64,000 nucleotides of DNA from Mobula birostris (GCF_030028105.1 NC_092382.1:85274198-85338197), one strand, 5' to 3'; counted from the stretch's first letter, positions 37,378-50,372 are shown. Made by a program: numbers and translations. Notes: a model not told the origin generated them from the letters alone.

Positions 37378-37643
37378 TGACACACATCAAAGTTGCTGGT
37401 GAACGCAGCAGGCCAGGCAGCATCTCTAGGAAGAGGTACAGTCGACGTTTCAGGCCGAGAGGGTCAGGGTCTCAGCCTGAAACGTCGACTGTACCGCTTC
37501 CTAGAGAAGTCCTGACGAAGGGTCTCGGCCTGAAACGTCGACTGCACCTCTTCCTAGAGATGCTGCCTGGCCTGCTGCGTTCACCAGCAAATTTGATGTG
37601 TCTTGCTTGAATTTCCAGCATCTGCAGAATTCCTGTTGCTTGC
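37378..37643 (+). mobile_element. Composite Penelope-derived element (inverted plus tandem units)
   Basis: 12-bp TSD ATAACAATCATG (37366-37377, 37644-37655); one antisense unit, one partial unit and one full sense unit. Confidence 0.88.
37508..37543 (+). ncRNA. Minimal type-I hammerhead ribozyme motif
   Basis: AGTC-CTGACGA-(A)GGGT CTCG GCCT-GAA-ACGT-C-GACT. Stem I is AGUC/GACU; core is CUGAnGA and GAA; palindromic ACGU replaces stem III; predicted cleavage after GUC (37539). Confidence 0.75.
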
Positions 37644-38237
37644 ATAACAATCATGCGATTGTCCTAGAGTGAATGCAAGAGCTTCAATAGGCAGATTATT
37701 CAGATGGGAAATTATTAGCAATCAGTAAGTGAGATGACATTCCTCCCATAGAGAACAGTAAACATCCCGGTGGTGGACGGTGGGTCATAGAAATGTGCTC
37801 ATTCATGAACAGAATGTATGCGTTCTGTAGTGTTAAGCATTTCTCCATAACAGGTTTATCTAATGTGAAAGACAAATGCAAGGTTTACTGAAAGTACGGC
37901 AGACTGCTGATTTCTTTTTCATTTCATGTCATTCTTATGCAAATATTAAGTAACGAATGATAGGCATCTCCGCCGATTTGGTCTCGAACCTCCTCAGATT
38001 CGGATCCGCTCTATCATAGTCGAAACGGCCGTGGCGGTGACGAGAGCGGAAATATGGTGAAAACAAGCAACAGTCAGGTTAATAATCGGTAGGAGGTGGG
38101 TGTCGCGTTTAGTGGGCACCGAACAGTCTGTTCCTGTGCTGTGACGTGTTTTTAATTCCCCCGCTGCTACGTTACCTGAGGACCGCCAGTTCTGTAGTGT
38201 CAAAAATAATAACACTGCGACCAGCTCTGAGAAGAAC

Positions 38238-39151
38238 TTAGCTATTTCGTTTTTTTTTAACCAGTTTAATAATTGATATGAGCGGATATTTCGCTGCGCT
38301 GATGAACTGCTCTCTGAACCTGGACTGAGTTATCGCATAAATAAACGTGTTTGTGCAGCAACTTAATATCATCAGCATGAATCCGGATTGATCAGCTATG
38401 TATTCCGAATCGTTGTAATCAATTATATCAAATCCAACAGTGACGTTATAAAGGAATTCGGCGACCATCACCGACCACAGGATGATGAAGCTGCCGGAGA
38501 TGGTGAGAAGTAAGATCACAGACCTCCTCCTGCTCTCCATCTCCGGGTCACTGCGGTTCTCCGCCTTGCTCTGACCCCTCAGCCCTTTACGGACGCGACT
38601 GGTCACTAAAACGTGTCTGACTGTCAGACCATTGAACAGTAGTATTAACACGTACGGGAGTAATGGAGTTAGAACGGCAGAAAACCATCTAAATCCCACC
38701 CATCCGGGGTCTGTATAGTAAGCAGACTTTATTATACAGTCCATGGGTACATCGTCAATCACTCTCACTGGATGAAATATAAAGAAGTAGGGCAAACTTC
38801 TAAAGCATTGGAGCACGCCGGTTGTTGTCAGAACCACAGCCGCAGTTTTCCCGGTGCAATATTTTGCTTTTAGCTTTTGGCAACAGATGGCGACAAACCG
38901 ATCAAAGGTAAAAGTGACAGTGAACCAGACAGAACACTCCATAGCTGCTAATCCCACGGCATTGATCGCACTGCATACGGATGTAATGTCCAAGAATGTT
39001 CCGGGGAAGATGTTATAACGGATCCGCCACAGTACGACCTGAAATATGATGGTTAGTAGATCCGCCGTTGCCATCACCACCAGGTAGCGAGTGGTACAGA
39101 CAGAGAGGCCGCACTTTCCCCTGGACAGGATCACAATTGCCACTAAATCCA
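38238..39151 (-). CDS. GPR139/GPR142-like class-A GPCR, exon 2 (intact; 326 aa with exon 1)
   Basis: Open frame covering the end of TM1 to helix 8: YLVVMATADL, C3.25, SVWFTVTFTFDRF, LLP...FN, TNTFIY, SRFREQF; acceptor (t)n gctgttcccccAG at 39152-39153. Confidence 0.92.
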
Positions 39152-40548
39152 CTGGGGGAACAGCAAAAAAAAAAATGTTAAGTACTGACTCGCCCCTCTC
39201 TATGTCTCAGGGCTGAATAAATGGAGCACTATGAAACTGTGCGGACAACTCATTTCTGGAGATTTAAAATGTGTAAAGCGCGAGTCGCAAAGCGCTAAAT
39301 GTGTGCATGTTGAGTGAAATTGTACGACACACAGGACTGAAAACGGAACAGTGTTTGGGAAGGAAGCAGTGTCAACTGGTCAGCGAGGGCGCTTGGGAGA
39401 AATGAATATAAATCTCCCACTGTCAGGATTTTCACTGATGTGTAAAGCTTAGATATCTCGGCAACCTCCTCAGCAATAGTGATTGCCGCGTCCCCCGTCA
39501 TCTACGTTCTGGCACTCTCCGCATACAGCGAGGACCCGCTCCCTCCGCCCCATCCATTAACAAAGTTCCAATTTCAAAACAAAGTTATTTTCCCCGCTCA
39601 CTTGTCCTCGTCTCCTCCTCGACTCCCCTTATGTCAGCCGACCACACAGGCCCCGCTGGCTGGCTTCTTTTAAATTTTCCAAATACTTTTCGACGATTTG
39701 TTTTACACTATGTCAAGGTCTCCGATCAGAAAGATCTTACTTTCGGTGTTAAAGGTTCTGTCTGACTCACTGAATGTTTCAGGTATTGTGTACGTTGGAG
39801 CTAAAAGCATCCAAATTCCAAAGGAAAGACAATTTAGGTACTTCGAAATATCTGAATCTTTTAGGGATTGCTCCAAATTACTGCAGCATAATTCTAAATG
39901 CTTCGATGCTGATTGTTCCAAAGAGGAGAATTGCATGAACCTCGCCCCATCTGACCTCCAGCGGACACCAATAGCTGGGTTCTCAACTCGCACTTCACTT
40001 CACAGAAAACAGGGACGTGGAAACAAACACTAGTACGCTAAAAAAAAAAAAAAACAGACATCTATTTGACGTTTCAAAATTACCGATGGTTTGGAGTCTA
40101 ACTCACGAGTGATGTCCACCACTCCCGTTTGAATCTCACCGGGGTTTCGCTTCCCGCATTCTCTTCAAACTTGGATAAATTTCTTAAACACAGCACAATA
40201 CCTTGATATTTGAATTTAAAACATTTTCCACTGTTGATACGGAATAACGCCAAGCAACCGGTAAAGATGCCGAGAGCACTGGATTATCAGTGTTTACTTT
40301 GAAACTGCCTGCCAAGAATCCACAAAATGATTCCATCTCCGCGATCTCACACTCAACATCTGTTTAAACTTCCGGAGTACTTTCAGCCGAAATCACGGAC
40401 TAAACTACAGGGAACACAGGTTTGTTCGTTCGTCTGAACGAACACAGATTTCTGTCACAACCTCTGTACCGCATTCGCTGTCGCCAACTGAATGATTCCA
40501 AAGACCGCGGACGCAGAATTGTAAATGCTGGATCTCCTGTGTTCTTAC

Positions 40549-40615
40549 CAGGAACACCAATAACGGCAATGATCATGTAATATATCTTTCTCACAATGTA
40601 GAATGTTTCAAGCAT
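40549..40615 (-). CDS. GPR139/GPR142-like GPCR, exon 1
   Basis: MLETFYIVRKIYYMIIAVIGVP + G|GTAAGA; the phase-1 junction gives GTG (Val) in frame with exon 2. Confidence 0.88.
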
Positions 40616-40689
40616 GCTGTGTGAGATTCAGCCGGTCTTTCGGCTGCCGCGATCTCTCTGAAGAAACTCTGAGCTGATGAGTCTCCACG

Positions 40690-40780
40690 GTTATTCGTTT
40701 ATACTCGCTCCAGCGCATTGAATATCCATTAGTACACACAGCTGACGTGTCTTCCCGCAGCTGGTTTAAAAATAAACATG
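40690..40780 (-). promoter_or_regulatory. Candidate core promoter of the intact GPCR
   Basis: TATAAA (40698-40703, minus), TAATGG (40726-40731, minus), TGACGTG near 40743 and TGTTTAT (40772-40778, minus); all retained in the paralog at ~26680-26765. Confidence 0.55.
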
Positions 40781-41164
40781 ATGTAATGACTGTAAATTCC
40801 CAGCTTGACACGAAATTGCAAAAACTCAAAGGCAAAGAAATGACAATTTGAGAACTCAATGAATGTTGTTGCGAAACACTCACGCTCACCTCTCGGTTTC
40901 ATGATCGTTACTGATTTCTTGTCCATTCCTCAGCTCCATGGACTTTGTCATCATAGACCGTTGTCATACTGTCATTGGGCCGCTCTGTTTCTTTCAAAAT
41001 TGTGTCGGTTGTAGATCTTGCAATAGAAGTATGTGTATATACGATTGTATATATATATAAATGTGGTTTGTACGCTACAGTAACCTACAGGGGAGCCTTA
41101 AACTAAGATAGCGTCCAGGCTGACGAAGATATTGAAGGCATGCAAAATGTTAATCAAATTAATT

Positions 41165-41805
41165 GTAACACGAACAAAATGCTGTAAGAACTCAACAGAT
41201 CAAGCAACATATATGAATATGAACAAACTGTCGACGTTTCTGTCCGAGACATCTTCAAAATTAACGCTTCATCGATCACCTCAGCTCTATCAACAAAAAA
41301 ACGGAACTTCCCAGGAGCCAGTCATTTCAATTTCGATCCCCGGTCTAGACCTGACATGTCGCTGGAGGTAAAATACCTTCCGTCTTGGTAACATCGAATA
41401 TTAAGGCATGAACATGGGTTATCTTCCGGAATTTTTCCCCTCTGCTTTCCCTCTTCTTCATTCCCCCACTCTGGCCTTATTCTCTTCTCCTTACCTATCT
41501 ATCACCTCTATTTGCTGCCCATCCTCCTCCCCTTTCTCCCATGAGCCTCTCTCCTATTGGACTCTTTCTTCTACATCGCTTTGCGTTTTCACATCACCCC
41601 AGACATTTATTTGGTTCCCCTACTGCATCCACCTGGCTCCATGTAACACCTTGTAGATTATCCTCCTCTCCTCCCCCAACCTTCTTACACGGGTATCTTC
41701 CCCTTCCCTTTCCACTCGAAAGGTCACGACCCGAAAGGTCAACTGTTGTTTTTTTTTCATTTCCATAGATGCTACTTAACTTGCTGAGTTCACCCTGCAT
41801 TTTGT
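41165..41805 (+). mobile_element. Penelope-like remnant, paralog of 27160-27850
   Basis: Same order of parts: antisense gtcgacgtttc...ccgagac, GIY-YIG relic (PGASHFN), pyrimidine tract, gacccgaaaggtcaact. Confidence 0.7.
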
Positions 41806-42669
41806 GGGCGCATCAAATTGGTGCAGTCTCTCTCATAGTAAACCAGCTCCCTTCAAAGTTCGCACCAGTATTTCAATTAGCGTATACATCACCAACGAAT
41901 TGCTGCAAATATTTAAACCACAGAGCATCGGCATTCCTTACGTTTGTACCAACAATGACTGTCTGTACATGGACTAAGTTGGTTGCGTTGCTGATAGTCA
42001 AGTAGATAGTCAGATTTACCTATTTGACAGATCTCAACTGCGCTTTCGCTCTGCATATAATACGACATTGCATATTCTTGTTTTTTTTTGCCGTGACATG
42101 CTACTTCGATGCATTTTTGTAAACTGCTTAAAAGACAAGAAAAAAAACTTTCAAGTACCAGATTCTGCTGGCGGTAATAAGCCAATGGATCTTCGGTTAT
42201 GAGATAAATTTATCAACCTGTCAACATTCATCGAAGGGCCGACAGGAGTCAATTTTGGGTGATACCTTCCTTGGACGAGTAGTATCGGGAAACTTACAAA
42301 GGGTGACGGGGTTCTCGAGTGCTGATGTAGAGACGGCCAAGGAAATAGGGTTTCAGACATGAATGAAGGGTGGATAGTGTGCAGTTCAATATGTTCCGAT
42401 TACCGCCTTCATTGACGGGGAAGGTCATGAGCAATGGCATATAATTATGGTCTGATTAGAATACCTCAACGTTGGGATGTGATTACAGTGGAGCCGATGC
42501 AAAAGGTTTCACCAGCAACTTGCCGAACAAGAAGCATTTCAGATATCAGCGGATAGTCTATCATTCCCTTCTTGAAACTGAGGAAGAAGAGGTGTTTCAT
42601 ACAGAAGTTTAAAAATTATTAGCGACATACATGTGTTCAGTACTGGTGACATTTTTCTCCATAGGGTTT

Positions 42670-43480
42670 GTTCTGGTTACCTCACTACAGGAAGGATGTG
42701 GAAACCATAGAAAGGATGCAGAAGAGATTTACATGTTTGTTTCCTGGATTGTAGAGAAAGCCTTATGAGAATAGATTCAGTGAACTTGCCGTTTTCTCCT
42801 TGGAGCGATGGAGGATGAGAGGTGAACTGATGCAGGTGTACAAGATGATGAGAGACAATGATTGCATGGATCGTCAGAGGCTTTCTCCCAAAGCTGAAAT
42901 GGCTATCACGAGAGGGCACAGTTTTCAGGTGCTTGTAAGTAGATACAGAGATATCAGAGGTAAGTATTTTACACAGAGAATGGTGAGTAGGTGGAATTGG
43001 CTGCCGGCGACCGCCGTGGAGGCGGATACAACAGGGTCCTTTAAGAGAATAGCTACTTGCAGCTTTTGAGGAAAACGCAGACAGGAGAGACAGAAGACAG
43101 TCATTGGTAGTTGATTACTTGGATATTCAGAAGGCATTTGCATGGTGAGCGTATAAGGCTGCTAAACTCGATGATGGCCTGTGATTACATATGAAAGATC
43201 ATAGCAGGAGGGCAAAAAAAAATGAGAATAAATTAAACCATTTCTGTTTGGCGTCCGTTGGTTACTCGTTGTTCCATAGGGGTCGAATGGGACGGCTTTA
43301 TTTCCAAGTTTTATGTCAATGATTTGGGTGAGGGATTTGGTGGCCAAGTTTGCTGACACAAGTTGAAAGGGCAGGTAGGGCTGAGGAAGACTGGATTCTG
43401 CAGAAGTACTTGGACAGGTTTGGACTATGGACAAAGAAGTACCAGGTGGAATACCATATAGAAAAATTTAGTGGTTGTAT
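42670..43480 (+). mobile_element. CR1 fragments
   Basis: ORF 42800-43069 (RMRGELMQVYKMM...TRGHS...FTQRMVSRWNWLP) and a degraded RT piece. Confidence 0.8.
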
Positions 43481-43492
43481 ATTTTGATATCA

Positions 43493-46400
43493 TAGTAACC
43501 CTCAGGTTCGGACGGCGGCGTTATACTAGGGGAAAACAGTCTCAAGCCTCGCCAAGCTTGTGAAATCTCGTTTGTGCGGATGCTGTGTGATTTCCCCCTG
43601 TACAAACCAGTACCATGAACTAACCGACAGTATAAAATATGCAATTAAAAGATTGAGCTTTATATTTCTTAATTTGACTATAGGGTTCGGAGAGAAAACA
43701 AACAGAAAAAAAGGCTCTTTTTAATTAAACAGTCTAATGTGCACGTTGGAGCTCACGATCTTCCAGTCAGTTCGTTCTCCATTGATTTCCCTCGGGCGTC
43801 GATTGCAAACCCCATTCCACGTCCACTCCGTCCTGCAGTCTACGAACTCTTCGGTCTGGCATATTTTCTTTCCATGTTCCGCCGAACAAAAGGCCGCGTA
43901 TCCTCGCTGTCGGGCACACAACAAAGAAAACACCCTCCTCATTGGACACCGCACGTTCCAAAGCACACTTATCTGTAGTCATCACCCAAACACTGCTGCT
44001 ACAGAGAAATCATTGCATTAGCAGTGAAACATTTCCTAGGGTGTTTCACTCTACCCCCACCAAAGTTATTCTTGTGCTCATGTCTTTGAGATAATTTACC
44101 GACACTTCCTGTAAAACAATAAAGTCCAACTCAGGTGTAAAAGGCAGTGATATAGCTCCCCAAAGCGGTAGGAGCCACACTCAGTTAAACATACCGGCCT
44201 ATCAGGTGGTGTCCTGATTCTGTGAGATGTCCGTACCCCTTCATCTGCCTCTTAATGCTTCGACACTACTGGAGATACCCTGATCTACAGGCGAGGCCTC
44301 CCCCGGCTTACCACGTGCCCACCTGCAACTCGGACCCCTCTATCCCTTGGCTAAGCTCCGCCTCATCTCCTGCAGGGTCCCGCTGCAACCCAGGCTGTCC
44401 AGATATATCGTACTCCCCCCGCCCCACCAGATGTCACCTGATTCAACGTGAGAAGGGTTGGGAGTCTGTTCCTCAATCAGTGGGGAGTTAGCGAAAGGCA
44501 GCGTACATCACACTGCCAAGTCCTTATCCTCCGAATCAGTATCTCACTCAGGGGTGGGGGCCGGTCTAATCTCTCCTGCTGTTGGCCACAGAATCGCCCG
44601 CGTCGCCGCAGCGTCCTATACACTTACGAGGTGTAAGCGCCAGGTCTGTCTCTGGGTCAGCCTGCATCTCTTGTCCCAGAGGCAGAAGGAGGTTATGATG
44701 GAGAATCTTTACAGGCGCAATCCCATCCTTTGGTTTCAGCCGGAAAACTGGTATGTTTGCCAACTGACTCCCCATCACATATGGCGTCCTCCTCTCTTTC
44801 TTCCCCAAAGGAGGGTAACCACACTGAAGCTAATTCAACGGGTGACTCACTTTTGCGTAGCCCCTAACGAACTTCCGATAGTAAACAGAGAACACAAGGA
44901 ACGACCACAATGCGCTCACAGTCCGAGGCCCTGGTCAGCTGTTCACAGTCTTTATTTTAGACGGAGCGATAGGCACTCCAATTCCACGAGACGATGTGCC
45001 CAACGTAGCTGGCAGACGTCTTGCAGAAATGGCACTTGTCCAAGGAAAGTTCCAACCCTTCAGCTTTCAGGTGGCCCAACACCTTCAGTAACCTCACTTC
45101 ACGTTCTTCTAAGGTGGACCCAAACACTATGAGGTCATCCAGATACACCAATACCTCAATCAAGTTCATATCCCCCACCATTTTCTCCATGACACGCTGG
45201 AAGTTTGCAGGGGCTCCCGATATGCCCTGGGGCACCCCTTCGAATTGGAAGAAACCCAGTGGACAGATAAATGCCGTCTTTTGTTTGTAAGCCTCACTCA
45301 TGGGGATCTGGTAATATCCACTTCTCAAGTCCAGTACACTGAACCACTTCGCACCACTCTGATAGGCCAGCGCGTCTTCGATCTTTGATACCGTATACTG
45401 GTCGGGGACGGTGCGCCTGTTCAGAGTCCTATAATGCACACACATCAGTATCTTCCCATTCTTCTTTCGGGCCACTAATATTTGAGACGCAAAGGGGCTT
45501 CGGGGCTCGGTGATTATTCCAGTTTCCGTCAACTTATACATATTGCTGCCGAACGTCATCCATGTCTGCAGGGGCCAGTCGCCGCGACCTTTCTCTGAAC
45601 GGGGTATCGTCGGTCACCCAAATAGTGTGACGCGTGGTTTGGAAGCATCCGCATCAAACTCGGCAGTGGAAATGATACCTTCCACCTTCAACATATTCTC
45701 TATCAACCTCCTCCTCCAACCTGCAGGTATCGGGGAGTCGGATTTCCCGAAGTTCAAACACACAGCAGTCAACTTTACCCCATTTTCCACTAGTTTCTCA
45801 CCGGCACGTATCACAGGGACACTAGACATTACCGTCAACTGGAAAAGATGCTCCAGGGGCAACCCCCGCTTGAAGGTGACCTCCCTCTTCGTAGTGTTCC
45901 TGACAATCACTACCATCCTGTTCGCCTCTACAACCGACTGCTTCTGCAGGCATTCTTGAATGCTCTTCGTTGTCTTCGGGAGCATCCAACAAGGGGTCCT
46001 CGTCCTCGGGCATTCCTGGAAATTTGGGGTTTCCCATCATTCTCTTTACTTCCCCGGCCTTAACAGGATTGGGGTTGGTCTGGGTGAACCACACAGTCCC
46101 TTGTCTAAACTCGTTATCCGGCACCAATGCAGCCACGCACTCCCGCAAACCAGCTCTAAACACCGGGTGAACGGACAATGTGGAATGCGGGAGGAGAGAG
46201 TGCTGCGCGCCGCGCGTGCGCAGCCCTCCGGTGAAAAATGATATCGTGTCCGTTAAATAGGGGCCGTGGATAATTTTGATTTGATAGAGACAGACGTGAA
46301 AGCACAGAGGAATATCTGGAGAAATTTTTGAAACTCTCGTTCGCTGCTGTCATTACTACGCGTTCGTGAATCTTCCGGAGGGAAGGCCTCAAAATCCCCA

Positions 46401-48540
46401 GCTTTTCCTGCTGTTGGCGACCGACATTGAGGTCGAATCGCTCGGATAGAGATGGTGCTCGGTATTCGGTGACGGAGAGCTGATTGAAGGTTCGAAGTTT
46501 TCGGACTACTCAGAGTTTGATTGTGGTCGGGCATGGCAGGGAGAGTTTTTCTTCCTTCTCTCGTCTGGGTGAGATGTGGGACATTTGAGAGACCTTGAAC
46601 GTTTTACCGTGCTCATGGATTGTTCATGGACTGTGCTCATGGACTGTGCTCATGGACTGTTCGTCATTAAGTTACAGTATTGTTGCACTGTTTTAACTAT
46701 ATGTTATAATTATGTGGTTTTGGTAGTATTTTCAGTCTTGGTCTGTCCTGTGTTTTGTGATACCACACCGGAGGAATATTGTATCATCTCTTAATGCATG
46801 CCTTACTAAATGACAACGAAAGAGGACTGCGTGTCTTCATAATCTAATGTTCTCAGGAAGCCCTCTCCAGCTTTCTCCTGGCAGGCTCCCATTAGTCTCT
46901 CTCATGTCAATAAGGGGTGTTGGTCACCACAAGAATTGAAGAGCCTCCTTTCTCAACGGGATCCAGACAAACCAGCGTTAATGTGTCAAGGACCGCAGAC
47001 ACTCCGAAAACACGAGCTTTGCCGAAAACTAATCATCATACCGATAAGCACCAGCACTTAGGCCCCAGATCTCTAGTGTACTGAACGGCGCCAATGATAA
47101 ATGCGTCAAATACTGGTTGTAAAATGTAAGGTGCAACAAAGTGACCTGTGGTCAAGTATAATAATAATATAATAATGGCTCCGTCTGTCTAAGTAGACAA
47201 TGGATGCTCCCGGTTCTCCGGAACGCAGACCTGGGCGATGAATATGGAGATTCTGGGCTGCCCAGACATCAAGATCCCCCTCTCGGCCTCGCGGATGTGG
47301 TCCAAAGGAATGCATCAGCTCGGCTGCAGGAGCTGCCGGTAGGTGACGTGATACGTCATCCAACCGATTTAGGGGCTCCACTCCGGATTTGTGTAGGGTT
47401 TCCTCCTTAACCGTCTCTTCTCCCAAAGATGCCCACAGGGCAGAAGAATCAGTAACAGTGGATAGGGGCCCATAACGGGTACTGTCAGCCGGAGTCAACT
47501 GAGCCCGGAACTCGTCAAGTATGGCCCTAGCATAAGTACCCTCTATCTATGGCGATACACTGGAGCTTGTTCACTAAGCCTTCAGGAATTTCTGATCTAT
47601 TGCTGAGAATATGTTCCCCTCGATGCTCCAGGCCATACGCTCACTGGGTCTCCCTTAGGTTTTTCCAACGACTCGCTGCTTAGGGACTGAGAGACCAGGG
47701 GGTTCACGATCCGTGGGTATCGTCGATCATACTCCCCTGAAGTGGCCCTCTTCATTATTGCTATAACAGACACCCCCGGACGGATCCTTTCTCGCATGAC
47801 ACAGGCTGCTAGCAGTCCTCCGCCTAGTCCGTTGCCTCAGAAGGTCCATCAGCTCCATCATATGTGGGGGGGGGGGGCACACCGACTGATAACAACCAGA
47901 ACACCTTAGTACTGAACTCTACCACAATCTCCTCTATCACTCCCCGGGGCAGGCTATCGGTGGTCACATCACCGCAGGGGACCTATACCGATGACTGTAC
48001 CCTGCTGACGGAGGCCACTCACGCCTCTGAAGCATTCATCCCTTTAGTACTTCTCTGGTCAGCTCAACAAACGGCCAAGAGGGTCGTGCGTTATGAGACA
48101 CTCGGAGACCGCAAGGGATCGGATTCTGCGACTGGGCACTTTTCACTATTTGGTCCTTCCTTAACTGATCCACCTCAGCCATCTGAATGGCCCCTCTGCG
48201 CCACAGGCAAATTAGCTGCCTCTCTTGCCGAAAGATGTAGGATAAAAGCTTCTCACCCTTATCCTGACACGAGTTCCGAAACCCCGGCATGAGCTCCATT
48301 GGGATTCCCGTCACACCAGACGCCTTCACTGGTGCTTGCATGTTGCTGCAGAAGTGGAAAAGGGGTTCTGTGTCTTTTCGGCCCATTTTAATGAAACGGC
48401 CTAATGTGCGCGGTTCCCCCTCCGGTGATCCTCCATTGATTTCCCGGGGCTTCGTCGACTCCCGGTCCCGCTCCATGTCCACTCCTTCCTGGTGTCTACG
48501 ACCTCTACGTTTTGGTATCTTCTCTCTCCATGATACTATC
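43493..48540 (-). mobile_element. Gypsy LTR retrotransposon remnant (gag, protease, RT, integrase tail, 3' LTR ~43493-44048)
   Basis: RT ORF 44957-45559 (SPFAS, LDLRSGYYQIPM, KTAFICPLG, YLDDLIVF); protease-like ARAILD near 47520; integrase tail ILHHNLLLPL; PPT tttggtgggggtagag abutting 44048. RNase H and the integrase core appear deleted. Confidence 0.88.
46250..46848 (+). mobile_element. Secondary insertion in the Gypsy element, probably a LINE 3' UTR-type repeat
   Basis: Interrupts the Gypsy coding sequence; TG-rich body with (tgctcatggactg) repeats, ending aaatgacaacgaaagagg...ataatctaat. Confidence 0.45.
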
Positions 48541-48980
48541 ATTGCTGCAACTAACATCAAACATATCAGCTTATTCACTGAGGAACCTCATTGCAACACT
48601 GTTTAACCTCTTCATTTGAATTATCTTGATTATGAATCGCAGCAAGTTACCCAGCCAGAAAACGAACCTTCTGCGTTTCAATAACATAATTTCACACTCA
48701 TCAATCAATTCTAGAATATTATGATCCCTACGAACACCCGTTTCCTCAATCATTCCACAACCATACTTAAGTTTAATATCCCTTACAATATTGTTAAACA
48801 TGATCTCCAGTTAACCCTTTTTCTCAACCTTCAGCACTTTCCTCACCAGGTCCTGTGCTCTTTGCTTACTTAATAAGGTCACTGGGAGACTGATGCTTCT
48901 TCACTTTCCTAAACACTTCATTTCTCTTCCTGATTGTCCCTGCGCACTCCTCAGTCCACTATGGTAGAGCCTTTCTTGAT
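48540..48980 (-). mobile_element. Old LINE RT relic (I/Nimb-like), probably continuous with 50380-50760
   Basis: Weak KAxDL...MFN and ENGxxQGS-like remnants; heavily degraded. Confidence 0.3.
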
Positions 48981-48984
48981 AAGC

Positions 48985-50372
48985 TCCTGAGGATTGGAGG
49001 GTGGCTAATGTAACCGCGCTTTTTAAAAAAAGGAGGGAGAAAGAAACCGGGGAATTATAGACCGGTAAGCCTGACATCGGTGGTGAGGAAAATGCTAGAG
49101 TCAGTTATCAAAGATGTGATAACAGCACATTTGGAAAGCGGTGAAATGATCGGACAAAGTCAGCATGGATTTGTGAAAGGAAAATCATGTCTGACGAATC
49201 TCGTAGAATTTTCTGAGGATGTAACTAGTAGAGTGGATAGGGGAGAACCAGTGGATGTGGTATATTTGGATTTTCAAAAAGCTTTTGACAAGGTCCCACA
49301 CAGGAGATTAGTGTGCAAACTTAAAGCACGCGGTATTGGGGGTAAGGTATTGTTGTGGATAGAGAATTGGTTGGCAGACAGGAAGCAAAGAGTGGGAATA
49401 AACGGGACATTTCAGAATGGCAGGCAGTGACTAGTGGGGTACCGCAAGGCTCATTGCTGGGACCCCAGTTGTTTACAATATATATTAATGTCTTGGTTGA
49501 GGGAATTAAATGCAGCATCTCCAAGTTTGCGGATGACACGAAGCGCGGCGGCAGTGTTAGCTGTGAGAAGGATGCTAAGAGGATGCAGGATGACTTGGAT
49601 AGGTTACGTGAGTGGGCAAATTCATGGCAGATGCAATTTAATGTGGATAAATGTGAGGTGATCCACTTTGGTGGCAAGAACAGGAAAGCCGATTATTATC
49701 TGAATGGTGGCCGATTAGGAAAAGGGGAGGTACAACGAGACCTGGGTGTCAATATACACTAGTCATTGAAACTGGGCATGCAAGTACCGGAGGCTGTGAA
49801 AAAGGCGAATGGTATGCTGGCATTTATAGCGAGAGGATTCGAGTACAGGAGCAGGGAGGTACTACTGCAGTTGTACAAGGCCTTGGTGAGACCACACCTG
49901 GAGGATTGTGTGCAGTTTTGGTCCCCTAATCTGAGGAAAGACATTCTTGCGATAAAGGGAGTACAAAGAAGTTTCACCAGATTGATTCCTGGGATGACAG
50001 GACTTTCATATGATTGAAACGTATAAAATTCTAAAGGGATTGGACAGGCTAGATGCAGGAAGATTGTTCCCGATGTTGGGGAAGTCCAGAACGAGGAGTC
50101 ACAGTTTGAGGATGCAGGAGAAGCCTTTTAGGACCGAGAGTGGTGAATCTGTGGAATTCTCTGCCACAGGAAACATTTGAGGCCAGTTCATTGGCTATAT
50201 TTAAGAGGGAGTTAGATATGGCCCTTGTGGCTAAAGGGATCGGGAGTATGGAGGGAAGGCAGGTACAGGGTTCTGAGTTGAATGAGCAGCCATGATCATA
50301 CTGAATGGCGGTGCAGGCTCGAAGGTCCGAATGGCCTACTCCTGCACCTATTTTCTATGTTTCTATGTTTTT
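48985..50372 (+). mobile_element. CR1 LINE, 5'-truncated RT to 3' tail
   Basis: ORFs 49080-49430, 49355-49762 (FADDTK) and 49766-50017; tail tttctatgtttctatg. Confidence 0.93.

Noticed and set aside
48036-48578. 180-aa ORF with a signal-peptide-like start
   Set aside because: Lies across the decayed Gypsy gag and LINE junction; no coherent domain or splice support.
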